DNA of 33,106 nt, taken from contig DAINDC010000001.1 of assembly GCA_036732085.1 (NCBI GenBank), positions 5,696 through 38,801 on the forward strand, given 5' to 3'. Source of the DNA: Fibrobacterota bacterium. Its GTDB lineage: Bacteria; Fibrobacterota; Fibrobacteria; UBA11236. Both the position numbers and the translations under genes were made by a program. Positions within the stretch are counted from its first letter, which is position 1. Every line of letters begins with the position of its first letter. This document shows, piece after piece, positions 13,958 through 22,693 of the stretch. The notes below the pieces were generated by a model. That model was not told where the DNA came from. It made no database searches and saw only the letters and a list, made by a program, of their open reading frames with translations.

Positions 13958-14926
13958 TTAAGCAGGCATGGCGCGTCGGGCCATTTTCGGATCGGCCAAA
14001 GCGGCGGCGGCATGCTGTCCCATGTTCACGAGGGTGAAATGGCGGCCGAGATATACGATGAGCTGATCGAACAGGGCCACCTTGGTGGCCGTGCTCATGT
14101 CCATGCCCGGGAAGAAGTCCAGGCCCTTGACCTTGTCCTTGCCGAGAAAATCCAAGGGATGCAGGAGCAGGGAAGGTTGGACGCCGGTGAGCAGGCAGAG
14201 ACGGACCGCGATCTTCAGATAGGTCCAGCATAGCAGCTTGGAGTAGCGCGCGAGAAAGAGCAGGTAGCTGAGATGCATTGGGGCGCGGAAGATGGGCATG
14301 GTGGTGACGGGGATTTCCAGAAGGCGGCCGCCCTTCGCGTCCATCTCCCAGACATAGGGATGCAAGGGTTGCAGGCCGTCGGAGAATTTCCCGAACAGGT
14401 TCTTACGCTGTTCCTTCTCCTCCGCGGACAGGCCCTTGGAGTTCCAGAAATAATAGGCCCGGGCCAGCGCGCCAATGAAGGTGGGAAAGGTGGAGGCGTC
14501 GTAATCATAGCCGCGGCGCTGTAGAACCCTCAGGGTCTCCGAGCTCATGCTGAATCCCGGTCCCCGGAAACCGCGGGGCTTTTTGCCCGTGGCCCTTTCG
14601 ATATGCTCCTCCGCGTTCGCGATCTCGGCGTCGATTTCCGCGGGCGGATAGGTATGCAGCCAGGGCTCGTGGCGGAAGGAGTGGTTGCCGATCTCATGTC
14701 CCGCATCCGCGAGCGACCGCAGGGCGGCATGGTTCTTCTGCAGGGCCGCGTCCTGGCCCACCACGAAGAAGGTGATCTTGAGGCCGTGGCTGGCCAGCCG
14801 CGCCAGGACGATTTCGCTGAGCTCGTCCAGGTAGGAGGGAAATTGATCCCAGCCGGCATCGCCATGGGTTTTCTGGTAGGACCACTTGTTGTCGAGATCC
14901 AGGGAGACGCTGAGCAGCGGTTTCAT
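13958..14926 (-). CDS. Polysaccharide deacetylase (NodB-homology, CE4-like)
   Basis: MKPLLSVSLDLDNKWSY...ITFFVVGQDA...GHEIGNHSFRHEP (the NodB His-His motif context). The ATG at 14926 overlaps the upstream TGA as ATGA, with GGAGG 7 nt upstream. Confidence 0.85.
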   Translation of the reverse strand: MKPLLSVSLDLDNKWSYQKTHGDAGWDQFPSYLDELSEIVLARLASHGLKITFFVVGQDAALQKNHAALRSLADAGHEIGNHSFRHEPWLHTYPPAEIDAEIANAEEHIERATGKKPRGFRGPGFSMSSETLRVLQRRGYDYDASTFPTFIGALARAYYFWNSKGLSAEEKEQRKNLFGKFSDGLQPLHPYVWEMDAKGGRLLEIPVTTMPIFRAPMHLSYLLFLARYSKLLCWTYLKIAVRLCLLTGVQPSLLLHPLDFLGKDKVKGLDFFPGMDMSTATKVALFDQLIVYLGRHFTLVNMGQHAAAALADPKMARRAMPA

Positions 14927-16716
14927 AGGTTCGCCTCCATGGTGGTTGCCTTGATCGTTGATGTCTTCATCGCGGGAGCATCGGCCTTCACTTCCATAAT
15001 CTCGGTAATGGCAGAGGGATCCGCCTGGCCGGAGTTGGGCCGGACCGCGACGCTCGTGACGCTCGTGACAATCGCGCCTTCGCGCTTGGAGAGCTTCTCC
15101 CAATTGAGACGCGCCAGGAATTTCAGATGGCCGAGGATGGTCCGGAAGATCTTCATCTTGGATTCGCCGAACAGCCGCGACTCCAAGGTGGCGGGGCATT
15201 CCCGGAGCACGCCGCCGCGCAGCTTGAGCCGGATGAGCATCTCGGCCACGCCCAGGAAACCGCGGTATTCCAGTTGCACGGGCGCCATGGCGCTTTGCCG
15301 GTAGACGCGGCAGCAGCTCGTGAAGGTATGGATGCGCTGCTTGAGCACCAGGCTGTACATGCGGCAGAGCGTCTTGGAGAGGAAGAGCCTCCAGGGCGGC
15401 ACGTTGAAGACCTTGCCCTGCGGATGGTACGGCGAGGCCGTCACCATGTCGGCTTCGGCCAGCATGGGAATCATGGTCTCGAGCACGTCCGGATCGTAGG
15501 AGCAGTCGCAATCGATGGAGCAGACGGTATCCGTGGTCGCGGCGCGGATGCCGGTCATGATGGCGGCCGCCACGCCCTGGTTCTCACCGTGCCGGATGAT
15601 GCGGCAGTCCTCGACGCCTTGGAAGGTATCGGTCAGTTTGGCCCAGGTCCCATCCGAGCTGCCGTCGTCCACGAGGATGAGGTGGATGCGATAGGACATC
15701 TCCAGGCGCCGGCGGAACTCGAGGATGGTGCGCATGAGATAGCCCACGGTCAGCTCTTCGTTATAGAGGGGGATGACCATGGTTATCTGCGGCAGGGCGG
15801 CGCGACGCGCGGGATCCAGGACCGGCGTGAGATCGATGGGCATGGCCACGGGCTTGCGGGGCTCGCTGATCGGCACGTTGAGGTAGGTGCTGATGGGTTG
15901 GAACTTGTAGGTCTGCAAGTATTCTTCGATGACCCAGGCCGTCTTCGCCAGGTTACGGTAGTGGCGGATGCGGCTGAGGCGCGGCAGCGAACTCAGGAAC
16001 GGCTGGTCCTTGTCGATTTCCCAGGGCATGAAGTAGAAGACCAGCGGGCTTTCCCGGTTCTCGTCCCATTTCCTGACCGCGCGCTTGAGAAGCGGATGGG
16101 GCAACTGGCGGATATAGTTGCCGCCCGAAATGGTCACCCGCACGCCCATCATCTGGGCCGTGGAAATGGGGAACTCCCAGATGGAGAGGTTGCCCACGGA
16201 GGAATGCCGATGACGGTGGAGCTCGTATCGCCGCGGATCCTGCCGGTACCGCCTGAGGATGGGATTGACGCTGGAGTCGTAGAGGTAGCCTTCCTCCGCC
16301 AGAAGATCGAGGATCCAAAGATCCTTGGGCGCGAGCCAATTGCGAGCGTCCCGGAAACCGACGATGCGATTGGATCCGGCCGCCTCCAGCGCCTCCTTGG
16401 ACCGCCGCAAGTCCATGCGCAGCTCCTCGGGGTGGATGTTCTGCAGGGTCTTGGGCCAATATCCACTACTGGCGATCTCATGGCCCTGCGCGACAATCTT
16501 GCGGATGATCTGGGGCTGCCGCTCCGCGATCCAACCGAAGACGAAGAAGGTCGCCTTGGTATCGTACTTGGCCAGGAGATCCAGAACCTTGTCGATGTTC
16601 TCTTCCAGCCGGGATTCGAATCGTCCCCAATGCTTGCGCAGCACGGAGCCTTCAAAGGTGCCGACATGGAAATAGTCTTCCACGGAAATCGTAAGGATGT
16701 GTGTTTTTGCTGTCAT
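14923..16716 (-). CDS. Fusion protein: N-terminal polysaccharide deacetylase (PEP-CTERM-locus subfamily type) plus C-terminal family-2 glycosyltransferase
   Basis: The N-terminus MTAKTHILTISVEDYFHVGTF...TFFVFGWIAERQPQIIRKIVAQGHEIASSGY is deacetylase-like. From ~aa 320, ITMVIPLYNEE...LILVDDGSSDGT...SIDCDCSYDP are GT2 DxD-type motifs. I prefer ATG 16716 over TTG 16749. Confidence 0.85.
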   Translation of the reverse strand: MTAKTHILTISVEDYFHVGTFEGSVLRKHWGRFESRLEENIDKVLDLLAKYDTKATFFVFGWIAERQPQIIRKIVAQGHEIASSGYWPKTLQNIHPEELRMDLRRSKEALEAAGSNRIVGFRDARNWLAPKDLWILDLLAEEGYLYDSSVNPILRRYRQDPRRYELHRHRHSSVGNLSIWEFPISTAQMMGVRVTISGGNYIRQLPHPLLKRAVRKWDENRESPLVFYFMPWEIDKDQPFLSSLPRLSRIRHYRNLAKTAWVIEEYLQTYKFQPISTYLNVPISEPRKPVAMPIDLTPVLDPARRAALPQITMVIPLYNEELTVGYLMRTILEFRRRLEMSYRIHLILVDDGSSDGTWAKLTDTFQGVEDCRIIRHGENQGVAAAIMTGIRAATTDTVCSIDCDCSYDPDVLETMIPMLAEADMVTASPYHPQGKVFNVPPWRLFLSKTLCRMYSLVLKQRIHTFTSCCRVYRQSAMAPVQLEYRGFLGVAEMLIRLKLRGGVLRECPATLESRLFGESKMKIFRTILGHLKFLARLNWEKLSKREGAIVTSVTSVAVRPNSGQADPSAITEIMEVKADAPAMKTSTIKATTMEANL

Positions 16717-17076
16717 ATTAGGCCAATCGGTCCCGAATCGCAATACCAATCCGGATCGCTTCGCGGGAGTTGCTTGAGACGGCTGGCTCGTGAAAATAAA
16801 GACGCATATTCCGATTCAATCCCCAATTGTGCAGCTTCTTCCGAGGTTTTGACCCTGGCGTCCTCGTTTTGGTTACACCCTCATGCAAAGGCAATTCACC
16901 CGTAAAACACGCGCCTTTTTCCTTGCCTCGGAGATAATGAGCAGCCCGATGCCGTACTGCGTCGTATATACCCGGGAGGTGCGTGTTCCCATGGAGAATA
17001 TTCCGTGAATCTCAGGGTGTGCAAATGGGAACATAAATTTTGTGCGGGTTCAACCGCAATGAGAAAGGAAGATCAT
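16717..17076. promoter_or_regulatory. Divergent promoter/leader region between the EPS operon and the beta-helix gene
   Basis: 360-bp non-coding, AT-richer stretch. It contains the 9-bp perfect inverted repeat TGTTCCCAT / ATGGGAACA (16984-16992 / 17025-17033). Confidence 0.35.
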
Positions 17077-18414
17077 ATGATGGATGTGAATAAGCCCGCG
17101 ATCGCCTTTGTATTCGCGCTTCTGACGACTTCGGCATTTCCGTTCACGTTGCCGGTGGGACCGGGCAAGACCTATGCCAGGCCCAGTCTCGCGGCCGCGG
17201 CGGCCAAGGACGGCGATACCGTGGAAATAGCCACCGGACTTTACGAAGGCGATGCCTGCGTTTGGAGAGCGAATAACCTCACTCTGCGCGCGCCCGGCCC
17301 GTACGCCCATCTGGAGGCGAAGGGCGCGGTCGCGCAGGGCAAGGCCATCTGGGTCATCACGGGCGCCAATACCGTGGTTGAGAATATCGAGTTCTCGGGA
17401 GCGGCCGCGCCGGACCAGAACGGCGCGGGCATCCGGCAGGAGGGCGCCAACCTGATCGTGCGTCATTGCTACTTCCACGACAATGAGGACGGCATCCTGA
17501 CGGGCGCCGACAGTAATAGCGACATTACCATCGAGCATTCGGAATTCGCGCGCAACGGATTCGGGGACGGCTACACCCACAACATGTACATCGGCCAGGT
17601 GAAGAGTTTCACCCTCAGGTATTGCTATACCCATCATGCCAAGGTGGGCCACAATATCAAATCCCGCGCCCTCAAGAATTACATCCTCTGCAACCGATCC
17701 TTGGACGGCCTGGACGGGACCGCGAGCTATGAACTGGATTTTCCCAACGGCGGGCCCACGGTCGTTGCCGGCAACGTATTCCAGCAAGGCCCGGCGACCC
17801 AGAATCCCACCATCCTGACCTATGGCGAAGAGGGCCTTTCCAATCCCGGCAGCTCGATCCAGATCATCAACAATACCTTCGTGAACGACAAGAACGGCTC
17901 CGGCGACAGGTTCATCAACCTGGCCGCGGGCACCACGGCAGCGCGGGTGATGAACAACCTCTTCGTCGGCAACGGCATTCCCGTCAGCGGCGCGACCGCG
18001 GACACCTCCAACAACCTGGCCACGCAAACGCCCGGCTTCTACAACCGCGCGGCCTTCGACTACCGGCTCACCGCCGCCTCCCCGGCCATCGACAAGGGGA
18101 AGGACCCGGGACTGCTGGACGGCCTGGGCCTTCTGCCCGCGCTGGAGTTCCTGCCTCCGGATGTTACCGAACCACGCGTGTTACGGGGGCCGCCGGACAT
18201 CGGAGCCTATGAATACGATCCTGCAGCCGGCCTGGGGCATACTCACGGGTTCCTGCCGCGCCCGGGCCCTCAGGGCGGAGGCGCGCAAGGAGGAGGCCCG
18301 CAAGGCGTAAGTTCGCAAAGCGGGGGCGTTCAATCAGGCCGGCTGGCGGGGTCGAGAATGCTGTTCCTGGTTCCCGAGCCAATCGACGGGTTGGGAAGAG
18401 CGGCGGTCTTTTAG
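17077..18414 (+). CDS. Secreted right-handed parallel beta-helix protein (pectate-lyase fold; candidate EPS lyase/epimerase)
   Basis: AGGAAG lies 5 nt before ATG 17077. The signal peptide is MMDVNKPAIAFVFALLTTSAFPF. Beta-helix repeats include NGAGIRQEGANLIVRHCYFHDNEDGILTG and ITIEHSEFARNG.. The C-terminal tail is rich in Gly, Gln and Pro. Confidence 0.8.
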   Translation: MMDVNKPAIAFVFALLTTSAFPFTLPVGPGKTYARPSLAAAAAKDGDTVEIATGLYEGDACVWRANNLTLRAPGPYAHLEAKGAVAQGKAIWVITGANTVVENIEFSGAAAPDQNGAGIRQEGANLIVRHCYFHDNEDGILTGADSNSDITIEHSEFARNGFGDGYTHNMYIGQVKSFTLRYCYTHHAKVGHNIKSRALKNYILCNRSLDGLDGTASYELDFPNGGPTVVAGNVFQQGPATQNPTILTYGEEGLSNPGSSIQIINNTFVNDKNGSGDRFINLAAGTTAARVMNNLFVGNGIPVSGATADTSNNLATQTPGFYNRAAFDYRLTAASPAIDKGKDPGLLDGLGLLPALEFLPPDVTEPRVLRGPPDIGAYEYDPAAGLGHTHGFLPRPGPQGGGAQGGGPQGVSSQSGGVQSGRLAGSRMLFLVPEPIDGLGRAAVF

Positions 18415-18452
18415 GGCGGGGCGGCCTAAAGGTCGATGCGTAGGCTGCGGGT

Positions 18453-19553
18453 CTAAGCCCCCAGGTAGGTTTCCAAACTGGCGACGATGCGGCGGCCGGC
18501 ATGGCCATCCCATCCATGGGGGATGCCGCCCTTTTTCCATTTGCCCGCCAGGACCCTTTCCACCGCATCCAGGATGCGCGCGGGATCCGTGCCGACCACC
18601 TCGTTGGTTCCCGTCACCGCCGTGACCGGGCGCTCCGTATTCTCGCGCAAGGTGATGCAAGGGATGCCCAGCACCGTGGTCTCTTCCTGAAGGCCTCCGG
18701 AATCGGTCAGCACCATGCGGGCATGCATGCTCAGGCATAGGGTCTGATGGTAATCGGTGGGTTCCCGGACGATCAGGTTGTGGAGGGATGTGAATTTTTC
18801 CATCAGCCCGAATTGCTCGATCATCTTGAGCGTGCGGGGATGGGACGGGAAGACGATGCGGATCTTCTCCTGGATTTTCGCGAGGGCGGAAAGCAGGCCC
18901 CCCAAGACCGCGGGGTCGTCGACATTGGAAGGCCGGTGCAAGGTGAGCAAGGCGTATTCGCCCGGGCTCACGCCCAGATCGGCGAGGATGGGATTCCCGG
19001 CGGCCGTTTCCTTATTCGACAGCAAGGTGTCGATCATGACATTGCCCGCGAAATGGATGCGCTGGGGATCAGTCCCGGCGCGGCGCAGGTTCACCTCCCC
19101 GTCCGGATCGGTGATGAAGAAAAGATCGCAGATGGAATCGGTCACCATGCGGTTGATTTCTTCCGGCATGCGCATGTCGAAGGAGCGAAGCCCCGCTTCC
19201 ACGTGGGCTACGGGGATGCAAAGCTTTTTGGCCGCGATGGTGCAGGCCATGGTGGAGTTGACGTCGCCGACCACGACGACGATATCCGGTTTTTCCAGGC
19301 CGCAGATCTTCTCGAACTCGATCATGACGCGGGCGGTCTGCTCGGCATGGGAACCGGAGCCTACCCCGAGATCGATATCGGGCGCGGGGATGCGGAGCAG
19401 ATCGAAAAAGGATTTGGACATCTTCTCATCATAATGCTGGCCGGTATGCACCAGGTAGGGCTTGAGCCTGCCGGATTCCCGGATGGCCTGCATGATGGGC
19501 GCGATTTTCATGAAGTTGGGGCGGGCCCCGCAGACGAGCATGACTTTTTTCAT
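18453..19553 (-). CDS. wecB: UDP-N-acetylglucosamine 2-epimerase (non-hydrolysing), WecB/WbpI family
   Basis: MKKVMLVCGARPNFMKIAPI...HTGQHYD...VVVVGDVNST...VAHVEAGLRS...TDSGGLQEE are all classic WecB motifs. An alternative GTG 19568 would overlap the upstream stop. Confidence 0.92.
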   Translation of the reverse strand: MKKVMLVCGARPNFMKIAPIMQAIRESGRLKPYLVHTGQHYDEKMSKSFFDLLRIPAPDIDLGVGSGSHAEQTARVMIEFEKICGLEKPDIVVVVGDVNSTMACTIAAKKLCIPVAHVEAGLRSFDMRMPEEINRMVTDSICDLFFITDPDGEVNLRRAGTDPQRIHFAGNVMIDTLLSNKETAAGNPILADLGVSPGEYALLTLHRPSNVDDPAVLGGLLSALAKIQEKIRIVFPSHPRTLKMIEQFGLMEKFTSLHNLIVREPTDYHQTLCLSMHARMVLTDSGGLQEETTVLGIPCITLRENTERPVTAVTGTNEVVGTDPARILDAVERVLAGKWKKGGIPHGWDGHAGRRIVASLETYLGA

Positions 19554-19564
19554 TCGGGATCCGG

Positions 19565-20263
19565 TCACTTCTGATTATTGAGATTGAGATAGATGATATA
19601 GGCGGACATGGCGGAGGTCAGGACGGCCGCGACCTGGGCGGTCAAGGTGATGGTCTCGCGGAACCAATACCAGAAGCCCTCCTCCACGCGCGGGACGGGG
19701 ATGATGATGATGTCGCCGGATTTGATGCCGGCTTGGGCAAGGGTGATGCCTTTGGCATAGGCATTGAGGACGTGGATCTCCACCGGCTGTTCGCCTCGGA
19801 GGACATGCAGCTTGTCGAGGTTGCGTTCGCCGGCGATGCCGCCCGCCATATAGACGGCCTCCCAGACCGTGGCATGTGGACTCACGTAATATTGGCCGGC
19901 CTTCACCCAATAGCCGAGCCAGGTGATCCGGATGGCCGGCACCACCTTGATATGCGTGTCCCGGAGGTAGTTCGACAGCTTGGATCCGAGATAGGCTTCC
20001 ACCTCGTCGCGGCTGCGGCCGCCGACCACGATTTTTCCGATGACGGGCAATTCGACGTAACCGGAAGAGTCGATGGGGTAGCCGCCGTTGAGGAAGGCCA
20101 CGGTATCCAGGACCACGTCGATGGTCAGGGCCTCTCCGGCCACGAAGCGTTCACCATGCCCGGCGGCCGCGGTATCCTGGGCCCGGGGATGCCCGGTTAC
20201 GGTCAGGAAGAGGGCGAGAAATAGGGAGAAGGCGGTTGAGCGCAAAGCGCCTCCTTGCGGCAT
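19565..20263 (-). CDS. Polysaccharide biosynthesis/export protein (Wza/EpsE-like Poly_export + SLBB) with C-terminal TM helix
   Basis: It has a signal-like N-terminus, YPIDSSGYVELPVIGKIVVGGRSRDEVEAYL (Poly_export motif), ..IKSGDIIIIP.. (SLBB-like) and a C-terminal hydrophobic segment ITLTAQVAAVLTSAMSAYIIYL. The start is uncertain (ATG 20263 or TTG 20296). Confidence 0.85.
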   Translation of the reverse strand: MPQGGALRSTAFSLFLALFLTVTGHPRAQDTAAAGHGERFVAGEALTIDVVLDTVAFLNGGYPIDSSGYVELPVIGKIVVGGRSRDEVEAYLGSKLSNYLRDTHIKVVPAIRITWLGYWVKAGQYYVSPHATVWEAVYMAGGIAGERNLDKLHVLRGEQPVEIHVLNAYAKGITLAQAGIKSGDIIIIPVPRVEEGFWYWFRETITLTAQVAAVLTSAMSAYIIYLNLNNQK

Positions 20264-20417
20264 TAGTGGATTGCCAAAGGTATTTAAATCGCCCAACCGT
20301 TACAATGCGGAGCGCCATCGGCGCCATGCGGAATGGGCGGCCGCCCCCGGCGTCCGAGCCCTTTCCTAAACCGCCCGAGATAAGGTAATTTATCGGGCTT
20401 TGCTAACCCGAGGAACC
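20264..20417. promoter_or_regulatory. Divergent promoter region (export/epimerase operon versus femAB-like/GT4 operon)
   Basis: This is a non-coding gap between divergently oriented genes, with an AT-rich patch GATAAGGTAATTTATC at 20379-20394. No hexamers are assigned. Confidence 0.3.
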
Positions 20418-21461
20418 GTGCCAATTCAAATCTGGACTCCCGATGCGCCGATGTCCCCCACCGATGTGCGGGATTGGGATGCGTACGTGCAAGGCCATGT
20501 TGGCGGCACGGTATTCCATTCGGCGGCCTGGCTGGAGATCCTCCAGGCCAGCTATCGCCGCCCCTACTCGCATATCTGCGTCAAGGAGGACGGGAGGATC
20601 CGCGGCCTGGTCAGCCTCTACCGCGTGCGCGGGCTCAGCGGCCGGAAGAGCCTCTACTCCCTGCCCTTCACGGCCTACGGCGGAATCCTGTCCGATGGGC
20701 CCCAGGTCTCGCGCCTCCTGCATGACGAATGTCTGGCCATCGCCAAACGCGAGAACGCGGGGATGATCCACCTCCGCAATACCGTCCCCTCCGGACTCGA
20801 TCTCCCCACGGCGGATCTCAATGTGCAGTTCACCAAGGCCCTGCCGCAGACCGAGGAAGCCTGCCTCGAGTCCATCCCGCGCAAGTCCCGCGCCACCGTG
20901 CGCAAGTCCATGCTCAACCATGGCCTCAGTTATGAGGTGAGCGGCGATTGGAAGCTCCTCTGGCACCTCTCCGCGGTCAACCTCAAGAAGCTGGGCACGC
21001 CCGCCTTCCCCAGGGAATTCTACCGCGCCATCATGGAACGCATGGGCGACAAGGCCGATATCCTCTTCGTCAAGTACCAGGGCAAACCCATCTGCGGCGT
21101 CATGACCTTCTACTTCAAGGACGTCTGCAACCCCTATTTCTCCGGGGCGCTGGGCGAGTACAACTTCACGGGCGCCAACAACTACATGTATTATGCGCTC
21201 ATGTGCCACGGGCTCAAACGCGGCTGCAAGGAATTCGACTTCGGCAAAAGCCGGCGCGGCAGCGGATCCTTCGACTTCAAGAAGAACATGGGTTTCGAAC
21301 CGCGCACGCTTCCTTTCCAATACATCTTCAATACGCGCAAGGATCTCCCGAACTTCAACCCCTCCAATCCCAAGCTCGCACTGTTCCTTAGGGCCTGGTC
21401 CAGCCAGCCGCTCTGGACCTCCAAGATCCTCGGCCCCCTGCTCAACCGCTTCCTGCCCTGA
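20418..21461 (+). CDS. FemAB-family (GNAT-fold) protein, PEP-CTERM-system-associated type
   Basis: ..WDAYVQGHVGGTVFHSAAWLEIL.., ..GANNYMYYALMCHGLKRGCKEFDFGKSRRGSGSFDFKKNMGFEP.. The start is uncertain: GTG 20418 (GAGGA 3 nt upstream), ATG 20451 or TTG 20400. Confidence 0.85.
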   Translation: MPIQIWTPDAPMSPTDVRDWDAYVQGHVGGTVFHSAAWLEILQASYRRPYSHICVKEDGRIRGLVSLYRVRGLSGRKSLYSLPFTAYGGILSDGPQVSRLLHDECLAIAKRENAGMIHLRNTVPSGLDLPTADLNVQFTKALPQTEEACLESIPRKSRATVRKSMLNHGLSYEVSGDWKLLWHLSAVNLKKLGTPAFPREFYRAIMERMGDKADILFVKYQGKPICGVMTFYFKDVCNPYFSGALGEYNFTGANNYMYYALMCHGLKRGCKEFDFGKSRRGSGSFDFKKNMGFEPRTLPFQYIFNTRKDLPNFNPSNPKLALFLRAWSSQPLWTSKILGPLLNRFLP

Positions 21462-21469
21462 GTTCCCGC

Positions 21470-22663
21470 ATGCGCCTCCTCTATATCGCCCACCGGATCC
21501 CGTATCCGCCCAACAAGGGCGATAAGATCCGATCCTATAACGAGCTGCTCTTCCTCTCGAAGCATTTCGAGATCGATCTCGTCTGCTTCCTGGACAACCC
21601 CAAGGACCAGCGCTACCTGCCCAAGCTGCAGGCCATCTGCCGCAGCGTCTCCGCCTTCAAGCGCGGCCCCCTGTTCAAGCTGGCGCGCCTGGGACTGGGC
21701 TTCCTGCGGCGGCAGCCCCTGAGCGCCGCCCTCTACGATCACGACGGCATGCGCCGGAAGATCGGCAAGCTCCTGGCCGATCACGATTACGGGCGCATCT
21801 TCATCTTCTCCGGGCAGATGTGCCATTACGTCCCGGAGGCGCTCCTGCCCCGCACGGTCATCGATTTCTGCGATGTCGACTCTCACAAATGGGACAATTA
21901 CGCGGACCGCCTGCCCTTCTACCTGGGCTGGTTCTACCGGCTGGAGGCGCGCCGGCTATTCGCCTTCGAGGCCTTCGCCGCCAAGGCGGCGCTCGCGGCC
22001 ATCTTCATCACCCCCGCGGAGCTGCAACTGTTCCGCGACTTGGGCGGAGAAGGCCGCTTGACGACCTTGGGTAACGGCGTGGATACGGGGTTCTTCGCGC
22101 CCCGCCGTGAGGACCCGGTGGAAGGGCGCATCCTTTTCACGGGCGCCATGGACTATTTCCCCAACGAAGAGGGCGTCTGCTGGTTCGCGCGCGAGGTGTT
22201 CCCGGCCTTGCGCAAAAGCTTCCCCGCCGCGCATTTCGTCATCGCCGGCAGCAACCCCACCCTCAAGGTCAAAGCCCTGGCCCGTATCGACGGCGTTACC
22301 GTCACCGGCTTCGTCGAGGACATGCGCCTGGAGCAGGCCAAGGCCCATGTGGTGGTGGTCCCCCTGCGCATCGCCCGCGGCATGCAGAACAAGGTCCTGG
22401 AAGCCATGGCCTGCGGCAAGGCCGTGGTGGTGGGCCGCAAGGCCCTGGGCGGGATCCATGCCGTGGAAGGCCGGGACTTCATGGTCGCGGACGAAGCGGA
22501 CGAATTCCGACTGTGCCTGGAAAAGCTGCTCGGAGACAAGGGCCTGGTCGAATCGATGGGCGCGTCGGCGCGGCAGTACATCCTCGCCAACCTCTCGTGG
22601 GAGAGCAATCTCGCGGGCGGGCTTTTGCCGCTGCTATCCGTTGCCGCTTCTATCCGCGGATAA
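21470..22663 (+). CDS. Family-4 glycosyltransferase, 'sugar transferase, PEP-CTERM/EpsH1 system associated' type
   Basis: The N-terminus MRLLYIAHRIPYPPNKGDKIRSYNELLFLSKHF is the hallmark start of this family. The C-terminal GT-B motif is ..PLRIARGMQNKVLEAMACGKAVV.. Confidence 0.9.
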   Translation: MRLLYIAHRIPYPPNKGDKIRSYNELLFLSKHFEIDLVCFLDNPKDQRYLPKLQAICRSVSAFKRGPLFKLARLGLGFLRRQPLSAALYDHDGMRRKIGKLLADHDYGRIFIFSGQMCHYVPEALLPRTVIDFCDVDSHKWDNYADRLPFYLGWFYRLEARRLFAFEAFAAKAALAAIFITPAELQLFRDLGGEGRLTTLGNGVDTGFFAPRREDPVEGRILFTGAMDYFPNEEGVCWFAREVFPALRKSFPAAHFVIAGSNPTLKVKALARIDGVTVTGFVEDMRLEQAKAHVVVVPLRIARGMQNKVLEAMACGKAVVVGRKALGGIHAVEGRDFMVADEADEFRLCLEKLLGDKGLVESMGASARQYILANLSWESNLAGGLLPLLSVAASIRG

Positions 22664-22693
22664 ACCCACCGGATAGGCTTTCCAGGAAATCCC

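Noticed and set aside
13929-15511. Long N-terminal extensions of the aminotransferase (to 14231), the second deacetylase (to 15511) and the UbiA-like gene (to 30577) in the ORF track.
   Set aside because: The extensions overlap the preceding, well-supported genes in another frame and are low-complexity. Internal ATGs with good RBS or ATGA coupling give N-termini typical of each family.
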